From NCBI GenBank assembly GCA_944324945.1, contig CALUYE010000007.1:2501-66500 (forward strand): a stretch of DNA of 64,000 nucleotides, read 5' to 3'. The notes under the pieces are model-generated. The model was not told where the DNA came from and did no database searches. It saw only the letters and a list, made by a program, of their open reading frames with translations. How positions within the stretch are numbered: position 1 is the stretch's first letter; each line of letters begins with the position of its first letter. Both the position numbers and the translations under genes were made by a program. The stretch is from Candidatus Gastranaerophilales bacterium. Its GTDB lineage: Bacteria; Cyanobacteriota; Vampirovibrionia; Gastranaerophilales; Gastranaerophilaceae. Positions 28,722 to 37,425 of this stretch are shown here, piece after piece.

Positions 28722-29732
28722 CTAAGATATATCCCATCTTCCGCATGTTCCGCCCCAGCGGGCAATGATGTTGCCTTTAATATCGGAGATTTTTTTGATT
28801 TCGTCTCTGTTTTGCTGTTCTTTTCCTTCAAGAATGGTTATAACTTCGCAGTTATTTGAGCAGCCGTTGCACTGGCATGTTATTGAATGGAATTCTAAAT
28901 CTTTAATTGTCCAGCCTTTGAATTTTGTTTTTTCGCCGGTAAATTGATGATGTTCCATAGCAAGCATAGCAGCCCCTATTGCGCCCATGGTTTGATGGTG
29001 ATCGGGAACAATGATTTCATGGCCCAATTCTTCTTCAAAAGCTTTAACCATGCCTTTATTTGTTGCAACACCGCCCTGAAAAGATATTTTGGGCAATAAG
29101 TCTTTGCCTAATGCTAAATTTGCAATATAGTTTCTAACCAGCGCCTGACACAACCCGTACAATAAATCTTCAACCGCATAACCCAGTTGTTGTTTGTGGA
29201 TTAAATCGGATTCCGCAAAAACCCCGCATCTTCCTGCAATTGTTGCGGGAGATTTTGATTTTAGCGCAATATCTCCAAAATCTTTAATATCGACATTTAA
29301 TCTTTGCGCTTGATGATCCAAAAAGCTTCCCGTTCCTGCGGCACAAACCGTATTCATTGCAAAATCCGTTACAATTCCGTCTCTTAGAATAATTATTTTT
29401 GAATCCTGCCCGCCGATTTCAAGAATTGTTTGAACGTCGGGTATGGCTGCACTTGCTGCAACCGCATGGGCTGTTATTTCATTTTTAATTACATCGGCGC
29501 CAATCAATGCACCCGCTAAATTTCTGCCTGAACCTGTTGTTCCTGCGGCACAAATTTCATATTCTCTTCCTTGCGCTTGCGCAAGCAGATTATCCATACA
29601 TTTTTGAACCGCAACAACGGGTTGTCCTGCAGTGCGTGTCATGTAGCTATCTACATATTTTCCGTTTTCATCAACCAGAGCTATTTTTGTAGTAACGGAG
29701 CCTACATCAATTCCTAAGTAAACTTTCATCAT
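28722..29732 (-). CDS. BadF/BadG/BcrA/BcrD-type ATPase (acyl-CoA dehydratase activase-like) with C-terminal Cys-rich extension
   Basis: YLGIDVGSVTTK, GTTGSGR, EIGGQDSK, CAAGTGSF, then CQCNGCSNNCEV...GGTCGRW. Confidence 0.8.
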   Translation of the reverse strand: MMKVYLGIDVGSVTTKIALVDENGKYVDSYMTRTAGQPVVAVQKCMDNLLAQAQGREYEICAAGTTGSGRNLAGALIGADVIKNEITAHAVAASAAIPDVQTILEIGGQDSKIIILRDGIVTDFAMNTVCAAGTGSFLDHQAQRLNVDIKDFGDIALKSKSPATIAGRCGVFAESDLIHKQQLGYAVEDLLYGLCQALVRNYIANLALGKDLLPKISFQGGVATNKGMVKAFEEELGHEIIVPDHHQTMGAIGAAMLAMEHHQFTGEKTKFKGWTIKDLEFHSITCQCNGCSNNCEVITILEGKEQQNRDEIKKISDIKGNIIARWGGTCGRWDIS

Positions 29733-29780
29733 AATACCTTAATTGTATTACAAAAAAATAAAATATGCTAAAATACTTTT

Positions 29781-30272
29781 ATGCAAAAAGAAGAAATTTT
29801 AAAAGAAATTAAAGATATTTTAATTAAAAATAATCTTTCCTTATCAAGTGCCGAAAGCTGCACGGGAGGACTTATAAGTTCATATTTAACGGATATTTCG
29901 GGAGCAAGTAATTTTATTTTTCAAAATTTTGTAACCTATTCAAACGAAGCAAAAACAAGATTTTTAGATGTAAAAGAAGATACTTTAAAAAACCATGGTG
30001 CAGTATCTTATAACACAGCCTACGAGATGGCTAAAGGTCTTTTAAATTATGCCGATTGCGCAATTGTAACAACGGGAATCTTAGGCCCTACTGGCGGAAG
30101 CAAAGATAAACCAATCGGGCTTGTTTATATCGGGCTTGGATATAAAGATAAAATTGAAGTTATAAAATACATCTCAAAAGAGGCAAAAACAAACGACAGA
30201 TATAAAATAAAAAAAGATATTGTTGAATATGCTCTTATTGAATTTTTGAAATTTATCAAAAAATACGTTTAA
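29781..30272 (+). CDS. pncC: CinA C-terminal domain / nicotinamide-nucleotide amidohydrolase
   Basis: LSSAESCTGGLISSYLTDISGAS and TGILGPTGG. Confidence 0.85.
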   Translation: MQKEEILKEIKDILIKNNLSLSSAESCTGGLISSYLTDISGASNFIFQNFVTYSNEAKTRFLDVKEDTLKNHGAVSYNTAYEMAKGLLNYADCAIVTTGILGPTGGSKDKPIGLVYIGLGYKDKIEVIKYISKEAKTNDRYKIKKDIVEYALIEFLKFIKKYV

Positions 30273-31067
30273 TTACTCTTTTTGAATGGATTTATTCAAC
30301 CATTCTTTAGCTTTGTAGCCTATAAGCATCTTCCCATCCGCACGAATACCAAAAGCAAAAGGGTCTTCACCTTTATCGATACCGTCTATATCCATACAAA
30401 ATAATTTGTAATTTATATCAAAACCGTTTAAACCCCGATTAGTCATATCCGTATCGGGTGATGCAAACCATCTTCCATCTGTTATTGGTTCACAGTCTTT
30501 GTCATTTTCTATATTATCAAGACAGAATCTGGTATCATTGTTTAAATGCCTTGCACTTTTAATGGAAATACCGAAAGTGGTAGCGGGTGCGCTTTGATAA
30601 AACACTATCCCGTCAGCCGTTACAATTTCCGCTCCCACTGCTTTGGCTCTTGATTTACAAATATCATCATAATTCCATAAATTTTCATCTTTTGCCCAGT
30701 CGCTTTTATCGGGATTTAACCATATACTTGCCTGCGCTTCAGAGCTTCCTTTAGATAGAGAACAATCAACACTTTTGGTGCTTATTGTATCTGCAAACGT
30801 TTCACAAAAATACGTAATATCCCCATCATGCTCCCCGTCAATCGTATTTCCGTTTGCTCTTGTACCCAAGTCCCCATTTTGATAATATCTATCTGATGAG
30901 ACAAGCTCACGAATTACCGTATTTAGAGTATTATATCCTTTTTTAAATTTCATAACCTGTTCATCGGGAGAACTCTGAAACGCTACAGGTAAAAGTATCA
31001 TGGTAAGAACGCCTATTATAACTAAAACGATTAATATCTCGGCTAATGTAAAAGCGTATTTTTTCAT
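30273..31067 (-). CDS. Prepilin-type N-terminal cleavage/methylation domain protein, paralog 2
   Basis: MKKYA|FTLAEILIVLVIIGVLTMILLP, with AAGGAG SD. Residues 6-68 and the last 50 aa are near-identical to paralogs 1 and 3; the centre is unrelated. Confidence 0.85.
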   Translation of the reverse strand: MKKYAFTLAEILIVLVIIGVLTMILLPVAFQSSPDEQVMKFKKGYNTLNTVIRELVSSDRYYQNGDLGTRANGNTIDGEHDGDITYFCETFADTISTKSVDCSLSKGSSEAQASIWLNPDKSDWAKDENLWNYDDICKSRAKAVGAEIVTADGIVFYQSAPATTFGISIKSARHLNNDTRFCLDNIENDKDCEPITDGRWFASPDTDMTNRGLNGFDINYKLFCMDIDGIDKGEDPFAFGIRADGKMLIGYKAKEWLNKSIQKE

Positions 31068-31230
31068 ATAAGCTCCTTAAAAATTTACAATCTAAATTTG
31101 TATTTTTTTATTATTTTACCTAATTTACTTCATATTTTACTATGCATTTTTAGAATAATCAAGAAAATACCAATTTTGCATTGTACTTTTAGTTTCGAGA
31201 ATATATTAAAATCAAAACGGGGTTTAAATT

Positions 31231-31548
31231 GTGAAAGATATTAAATTATTACTCGGAAAAAGAATTAAGGAACTGAGAAAAGCGCAAAAGCTTTCTCAGG
31301 AAGCACTTGCCGAAATTATTGATATTGATCAGAGAAATTTAAGCAATATAGAATGCGGAATATCTTTCCCCGCTAAAACCCTTGTTCAAATTGCCGATGC
31401 GCTGAAAGTTTCAATAAGTGATTTGTTTGATTTTGAACATTGTAATTACGATATTGAAAATATGAAAAAATTTATTAAAAACGAACTTGATAATTTGACT
31501 AATGATGACATAAAAACAATTTTCCGCCTTGTAAAATCAATGAGATAA
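31231..31548 (+). CDS. XRE-family HTH transcriptional regulator (XRE2)
   Basis: GTG start. LGKRIKELRKAQKLSQEALAEII...LSNIECG. Collinear with XRE1, including the C-terminal helical extension (DLFDFEH...). Confidence 0.85.
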   Translation: MKDIKLLLGKRIKELRKAQKLSQEALAEIIDIDQRNLSNIECGISFPAKTLVQIADALKVSISDLFDFEHCNYDIENMKKFIKNELDNLTNDDIKTIFRLVKSMR

Positions 31549-31632
31549 TTAAAAATACTCTTAATTAAGTATATAAATACAATCATATATAAAATATAAT
31601 ATTAAAAGCGCATTATAGTGCGGATATTAATC

Positions 31633-32820
31633 ATGATTAAAACGGTTTTAACAGATAAATCACAAAATTCAAAAGAATTATTGTCATCTTATTTAAAAAA
31701 TGCGGCAGGCATTGATTTTATTGCGTGTTTTGATAATCTTTGCGATATAGAAAATTTTGATAACATTGATTTAATTATTTTTAATATTTCTTTATCCGAT
31801 GAAGAAGAAACCTTAAAGCAGATTAATGAAATTAAACAAAAAAACGAAAATATTAAATTTATAGCGCTCAGCGATGATATGGATTCCATGCTTGCTAAAA
31901 ACACTTTAAATAATGGTGTATCCGATTTTTTGTTTAAACCTGTTATAGGAAGTATTTTAGAAGCTTCGATTAAAAAAATTAATTTTCCAAAAAAAATAAA
32001 AGAAGAACAAACAATTAAAAAAGCAAAGACAATAAGCGTTTTTTCTCTTAAAGGAGGAGTGGGTAAAACATCTGTTGCGGTTAATTTAGCTTATGAAATT
32101 GAAAAAAAGACAAATAAAAATGTTTGTCTTTTGGATTTTAATTCAAGTTCTTCTGATTGCGCTTTATTTTTGGGTTTAAATTCAAATAATAATATCGATG
32201 ATTTATTAAATGAATTTCAATATTCAAATAAAGAAAAAGCCCTTTCCTTGTTTGAAAAATTTCAAAATACTAATCTATATGTTTTAAGTACAGCATCCGA
32301 TAGCCTTGATTTTAAAATTACTCCCTTAAAAATAAATTTAATTATAAATTCTCTAAAAAATATTTTTGATTATATAATCATAGACACATACTGTGCTTAT
32401 GATGAAAACAATCTTGCCGTTTTAAATTCAAGCGATTTAATTTTATATATTTCAATTTTAAGCCAAAACGTTATAAAAAGTACTCAATCAATGATGGAAA
32501 TGTTTTCAAAAATAGGCTATAATCAGGAAAAAATTAAATTAATACTAAACAGATACGCGCAAGATTCTCAAATTTCAATTGAAGAATTCGAAAAAGAAGT
32601 CAATAAAGAAGTATTTATAACCCTGCCAAACAATTATTTAACAATGTCGGATGCGATAAACAGGCAAAATCCGCTCGATATTACTAATCCGCAGTCAAAT
32701 ATTGCAAAAGCTTTTAAAAAATTAGCTCTAAGTCTTGATGAAATTGATATAAACGCATTAAATTCAACAAAACAATACAACCATGGAATTTACAACATAA
32801 TCCGAAAGATGGGAGAATGA
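31633..32820 (+). CDS. TadZ/CpaE-like protein: atypical (pseudo-)receiver domain fused to a ParA/MinD-type ATPase
   Basis: The N-domain has receiver topology, but the phospho-acceptor position reads DLIIFNISL (Asn) while the ...FLFKP Lys is kept. Deviant Walker A VFSLKGGVGKTSVAVNLA and Walker B YIIIDT. ATG 31633 preferred over GTG 31618. Confidence 0.7.
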   Translation: MIKTVLTDKSQNSKELLSSYLKNAAGIDFIACFDNLCDIENFDNIDLIIFNISLSDEEETLKQINEIKQKNENIKFIALSDDMDSMLAKNTLNNGVSDFLFKPVIGSILEASIKKINFPKKIKEEQTIKKAKTISVFSLKGGVGKTSVAVNLAYEIEKKTNKNVCLLDFNSSSSDCALFLGLNSNNNIDDLLNEFQYSNKEKALSLFEKFQNTNLYVLSTASDSLDFKITPLKINLIINSLKNIFDYIIIDTYCAYDENNLAVLNSSDLILYISILSQNVIKSTQSMMEMFSKIGYNQEKIKLILNRYAQDSQISIEEFEKEVNKEVFITLPNNYLTMSDAINRQNPLDITNPQSNIAKAFKKLALSLDEIDINALNSTKQYNHGIYNIIRKMGE

Positions 32821-34031
32821 AATTGTCGCTTAAAGATAGATTAAATGAAGAAAATCCCAAAATAAAGGATATAAAACAAGAATCAAAGGAACCCGTGTAT
32901 TATAAAACAAGTGAAGAAGCTCTAAAAATTGATTCACTTGGAATTATAGATACGCTTTTGGCGGATGATGAAATAAATAATATCTTTGTTAACGGTGCAA
33001 AAAATATCCGCATTGAAAAAAAAGGCAAAATAAAACAAATAAATTCAAATTTTAAAAATGAAACAGAGCTTGAAAAAATCGTAAATAAATATCTTAAATA
33101 TAAAGGTTGCGATATTGAAAATGAAAAATATTTTAAATTAAATTACAAAAAAGGAGTTAATTTATCATTAACACTTCCTCCTTTGAGTGATAAAATTACC
33201 CTTAATTTTAAATGTTTTAACAATAAATTTGCAAATTTAAAAACCCTTGAAGAAAACAGGTGTTTATCTAAAGAAGCAGCACTTTTTTTAGAAGCAATAA
33301 GCAATCTTGATATAAATATTTTAATTTTGGGATTTAAAAAATCTCTAAAAACAACTCTTTTAGCTTCTCTTATAAAAGTTTTGAGCGAAAATACCCAAAC
33401 CTGCGTAATTGATTATTTAAATGAAATTGAAATAAATAAATCAAACTGCGCTTATTTTGATTTTTCAATTCTAAAAGATATAAAAAAACAAAAAGAAATA
33501 ACTAACTCTCTTATCTCCTCTTCTTTTGATAAATTATTCATAAACGGTTTGATTAATGACAACATAGAAGATATATTAAAAATTGCCTCCAATAATAAAG
33601 GTATTGTTATAAATTACGATATTGAAAATTTGAATAATTCAAACACTGAAATCATAAATAAAATCTATAAAGCTTTTGATATAATAATTACCTGCGATAA
33701 ATTTAAAGACAGGGCAGGTAAAATAACAAAAATTTTACAAACTTCTAAGCAAGATTCAGCCCCGCAGGAAATTTTTTATTTAAACGAAACGCAAAAACTT
33801 GATTCAACGGGACTTATTCCTGAAGTTTATAACAAAATGAAAGAAAATAATATTTCATTTAATCAAAACATATTTGATAAAGATTATAAACACACTTATT
33901 CGAACGATATTAACGAAATGTTAAACAGCGAAAAAACAATAAACCCCGAAATTTTAAAGAAATTCAAAAAAGATTTTTTGAATAACGAAACAAAAGAGCC
34001 ATCACAAAATAATGAAAACCGAGATTTATAA
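32817..34031 (+). CDS. CpaF/TadA-like secretion-ATPase homolog with degenerate catalytic motifs (probable pseudo-ATPase)
   Basis: Collinear by eye with CpaF: INNIFVNGAKNIRIEKKG, LTLPPLS. The Walker A position reads ILGFKKSLKTTLL (consensus GGTGSGKTT). The Asp-box position reads VIDYLNEI, Walker B FDKLFINGLI (no Glu), and His-box NNKGIVINYD (no His). ATG overlaps the upstream stop (ATGA) and has a GGGAGA SD. Confidence 0.6.
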   Translation: MKLSLKDRLNEENPKIKDIKQESKEPVYYKTSEEALKIDSLGIIDTLLADDEINNIFVNGAKNIRIEKKGKIKQINSNFKNETELEKIVNKYLKYKGCDIENEKYFKLNYKKGVNLSLTLPPLSDKITLNFKCFNNKFANLKTLEENRCLSKEAALFLEAISNLDINILILGFKKSLKTTLLASLIKVLSENTQTCVIDYLNEIEINKSNCAYFDFSILKDIKKQKEITNSLISSSFDKLFINGLINDNIEDILKIASNNKGIVINYDIENLNNSNTEIINKIYKAFDIIITCDKFKDRAGKITKILQTSKQDSAPQEIFYLNETQKLDSTGLIPEVYNKMKENNISFNQNIFDKDYKHTYSNDINEMLNSEKTINPEILKKFKKDFLNNETKEPSQNNENRDL

Positions 34032-35088
34032 AAAATTAATGAAAAAATGTATTGCCATATCCAAACGCTCCAAAGGGAATAATATGCCTAACCCTTATGT
34101 TGGAGCAATTGTTTATGATGAAGATAAAAATTTAATTATCTCTACAGGGTTTCATGAAAAATACGGAAAATCCCATGCCGAAGTAAATGCAATTAATAAT
34201 GCCAAAGGAAACACCAAAAATAAAACCTTAATCGTAAATTTAGAACCATGTTCTCATTTCGGTAAAACTCCCCCCTGTGCCGATTTAATTATTAAATCGG
34301 GTTTTAAAAGAGTGATTATCGGGATGATTGATGTTAACCCCGTTGTTCAAAATAACGGAATAAAAAAATTAAAAGAAGCAAAAATTGATGTTATAACAGG
34401 GGTTTTAGAAGCTGAGTGCAGGGAATTAAATAAAGTTTTTATTAAAAATATTTTATACAAAAAACCTTATATAATGCTAAAAAGCGCAACAACTCTCGAT
34501 GCAAAAATTGCAAACAATGAATTTAAATCAAAATGGATAACAAATGAAAAATCAAGAAACTACGTTCAAATTCTAAGAAGCGAATATCAGTCAATTATGT
34601 CGGCATCAGGAACAATTTTAAAAGACAACCCTAATTTAAACGTTAGAATTAAAAACAAAAAAAATCCGATAAGAATAATTTTTGATCCCAACAATAAAAT
34701 CCCTCTTGATTATAACGTTTTTAAAAATGATAAAACAAGAATAATTTTAATCAACAATTCAAATGTTAAACCCCCGTCCTATATTGAAAAAATAAACTTC
34801 AGCGGGGATTTTGGGGAATTATTTAAAAATTTATACAATAAAGGAATTTATTCAATTATGGTTGAAGCAGGTTCAAAATTTAATTCCCTGCTTTTAAAAA
34901 ATAAAGAAGTTGATGAAATCAATCAATTTATCTCGCCTAAAATATTCGGCTCGGGAATTGATTTTGTTTGTGATATCGATTGTCCCGATATAAATAAATG
35001 TATAAAACTTGAAAATATAAAATTAAAACGCTTTTGTGATGATATTTTAATTAAAGGGAGAGTAAAATATGAAAATTCTTGTAATTAA
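34012..35088 (+). CDS. ribD: Bifunctional riboflavin biosynthesis deaminase/reductase
   Basis: PNPYVGAIV, HAEVNAI, PCSHFGKTPPC, and a C-terminal RibD_C reductase domain. Confidence 0.9.
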   Translation: MKTEIYKKLMKKCIAISKRSKGNNMPNPYVGAIVYDEDKNLIISTGFHEKYGKSHAEVNAINNAKGNTKNKTLIVNLEPCSHFGKTPPCADLIIKSGFKRVIIGMIDVNPVVQNNGIKKLKEAKIDVITGVLEAECRELNKVFIKNILYKKPYIMLKSATTLDAKIANNEFKSKWITNEKSRNYVQILRSEYQSIMSASGTILKDNPNLNVRIKNKKNPIRIIFDPNNKIPLDYNVFKNDKTRIILINNSNVKPPSYIEKINFSGDFGELFKNLYNKGIYSIMVEAGSKFNSLLLKNKEVDEINQFISPKIFGSGIDFVCDIDCPDINKCIKLENIKLKRFCDDILIKGRVKYENSCN

Positions 35089-35515
35089 CGGCCCTAATCT
35101 TAACATGCTCGGAACAAGAGAGCCTGAAATCTACGGATGCGAAACGCTTGATGATATTAATAAAGAATTAAGCGATTTTTCAAAAACACTTTCTAAAGAT
35201 ATAGAAATTGATTTTTATCAATCAAACACGGAAGGCGAAATTATTGATAAAATTCAAAATTCAAAAAAATATAAAGGTTTAATAATAAACCCCGCAGCTT
35301 ATACCCACACAAGCATTGCAATAGCAGACGCCATTAAAGGAGCAGGCATAACGGCTGTTGAAGTGCATTTATCAAATATCCATGCAAGAGAAGAATACAG
35401 AAAAAAATCCTTCATATCTCCTGTTTCCATGGGGGTTGTGGCAGGTTTCGGCAAAAACAGCTACAAGCTTGCGCTTTTAGGATTGTATAAACATTTTTGC
35501 AAAAACAATGAATAA
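35069..35515 (+). CDS. aroQ: Type II 3-dehydroquinate dehydratase
   Basis: ILVINGPNLNMLGTREPEIYG, INPAAYTHTSIA, VEVHLSNIHARE. Confidence 0.95.
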   Translation: MKILVINGPNLNMLGTREPEIYGCETLDDINKELSDFSKTLSKDIEIDFYQSNTEGEIIDKIQNSKKYKGLIINPAAYTHTSIAIADAIKGAGITAVEVHLSNIHAREEYRKKSFISPVSMGVVAGFGKNSYKLALLGLYKHFCKNNE

Positions 35516-36380
35516 AGAGTTTGAATTTTTAAACATAATAAATAAAACCCTTGATGATAATTCTTATCTTGGAAATGACTGTGCTTATTTAGATGAATAT
35601 AAGCTTGCAATCTCATGCGATATTTTAATTGAAGATGTTCATTTTAAAAGACGCTATATGAGAGCGTCAGAAATTGCAAAAAAAGCAATTTTATCAAATA
35701 TATCAGACATTTTAGCCTCAGGTGCAAAATTAAAATATTTAACAATAGCGCTGAGCGGGCAATTGGATAATGATTTTATCAAAGAATTTTATAAAAGCGC
35801 AAACGAATTATCAAAAATATATGATTTTAAAATTGTATCTGGTGATTTAACAAAATCAGATAAAATTGTTGTTGCAATAAATGTTTTCGGGGATTATAAA
35901 AACAGAAACATCTCAAAAAGAAATAACGCAAAAGAAGGCTATATTACAGCAGTAATAGGGGAATTCGGCTCAAGCACGCAGGGGCTTTTTGATTTAGAAA
36001 AAGGATTGACGGATAATTATTTTATTAATTATCATAAAACCCCTAAATTATACCCTGAATTTTCATCGTTAATTTCAAAAAATGCAAAATATCCGTACGC
36101 CATGATGGATTCATCAGACGGACTTGTTGATTGTTTAAGTCAAATTTCTTCTAAAAGCGGGGTAAAAATAGAAGTAAAATACGACAAAATTCCCAAAAAA
36201 ACGCAAAACAAAGACTTTGTTTTATACGGAGGCGAAGATTATTCGCTTGTTGTGTGTTTAGATGAAAGGGATTTTATAAAATTCCCGTTCCTTATAAAAA
36301 TAGGCGAATGTAATAAAGGATACGGGGTCTATATTGATAATAAAAAAACGGATTATAAAGGCTATGAACACTTTGAATAA
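35508..36380 (+). CDS. thiL: Thiamine-monophosphate kinase
   Basis: GNDCAYL, DILIEDVHF, SNISDILASGA, MMDSSDGL (AIR-synthase-related fold). Confidence 0.85.
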   Translation: MNKEFEFLNIINKTLDDNSYLGNDCAYLDEYKLAISCDILIEDVHFKRRYMRASEIAKKAILSNISDILASGAKLKYLTIALSGQLDNDFIKEFYKSANELSKIYDFKIVSGDLTKSDKIVVAINVFGDYKNRNISKRNNAKEGYITAVIGEFGSSTQGLFDLEKGLTDNYFINYHKTPKLYPEFSSLISKNAKYPYAMMDSSDGLVDCLSQISSKSGVKIEVKYDKIPKKTQNKDFVLYGGEDYSLVVCLDERDFIKFPFLIKIGECNKGYGVYIDNKKTDYKGYEHFE

Positions 36381-37020
36381 AGTTAAAATCAGTGCAATTA
36401 TTACATCGGGCGGGAAATCGCTTCGTTTCGGTTCAAATAAATTACTTGCAAAACTCGGTGGTTTATCGGTTATTGAAACAACGATTCTAAAATTTATCAA
36501 TCATGTTGATGAAATAATTATCCCATCAAGCGATGAAATTCAGGAATTTATAAAAAAATCAAAAGTATATTCAACTAAAATTAAATTTGCACCCCCCGGT
36601 TCAACCCGTCAAAAAAGCGTATATAACGCTATTTTAAATTGTTCTAATCCCGAAATTGTTCTAATCCATGACGGCGCCCGTCCGTTTATAGATGAAGAAA
36701 TAATCAAAAAGACAATTGAGATGACATATCGCTATAGCGCAATTGTGGTAGGTAAGATGGCAGTTGATACAATTAAAGAAGTGGTGTTTAATTCTAATGG
36801 GGGAAAAATTGTTAAAACCTTAAATCGAAAAACAATTTTTCAAGCGCAAACTCCCCAGGCTTTTGATTATGAATTAATTAAAAAAATACACCAAAAATAT
36901 AAAGATAATCCTGATTTTACAGACGACAGCTCCATGGTGGAAAACGAGGGAATTGATGTTTATATTTTGGAAAACAACAAAAAAAATATAAAAATTACCA
37001 CTAAAGACGATTTATACTAA
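36364..37020 (+). CDS. ispD: 2-C-methyl-D-erythritol 4-phosphate cytidylyltransferase
   Basis: AIITSGGKSLRFG, VLIHDGARPF, AQTPQAF. ATG 36364 preferred; the track start at 36334 lies inside thiL. Confidence 0.9.
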   Translation: MNTLNKVKISAIITSGGKSLRFGSNKLLAKLGGLSVIETTILKFINHVDEIIIPSSDEIQEFIKKSKVYSTKIKFAPPGSTRQKSVYNAILNCSNPEIVLIHDGARPFIDEEIIKKTIEMTYRYSAIVVGKMAVDTIKEVVFNSNGGKIVKTLNRKTIFQAQTPQAFDYELIKKIHQKYKDNPDFTDDSSMVENEGIDVYILENNKKNIKITTKDDLY

Positions 37021-37116
37021 TACTATCGTCCATTTAAAAATAATCTCAAATACATTAAATTTATAAAGGATGTAAGTAAAATCATGCCTTAAATTAACTG
37101 TATTTGCGAGGTTATT

Positions 37117-37425
37117 ATGCTGATAGATAAAAAATTTGCTTCTGATAAACAATGCTACTTTAACGAATTTAAAAATGTATCAAAAGAACTTCTTCCCTGG
37201 CTTGAAAATTTAGCGTGGGAATGTCGTTGTAAAATTGAGAAAAAAGAATGGAAAAGTAAATATAACAACTATGTAATTTATGATTACGAACCGTTTTGTT
37301 CGGACGGTTTTGAAATTAATCTGACTCTTTCGTCGCGCCAGAGTGAATATTTGAATTTTGTCAGATATTTATACGAAAATAAACTTCAAACAATAGGATA
37401 CCTTAAAGCTTGTCTGAATTTATGA
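37117..37425 (+). CDS. Hypothetical protein (102 aa)
   Basis: ORF only. Trp/Cys-containing small protein. Its end overlaps the radA stop by 6 nt (convergent). Confidence 0.4.
   Translation: MLIDKKFASDKQCYFNEFKNVSKELLPWLENLAWECRCKIEKKEWKSKYNNYVIYDYEPFCSDGFEINLTLSSRQSEYLNFVRYLYENKLQTIGYLKACLNL

Noticed and set aside
28722-28760. T-box leader for tyrS; FMN riboswitch for ribD; TPP riboswitch for thiL
   Set aside because: All three genes directly abut or overlap an upstream coding gene, so there is no room for a leader RNA.
36258-36500. 80-aa minus-strand ORF across the thiL/ispD junction
   Set aside because: It is antisense to two coupled, motif-supported genes.
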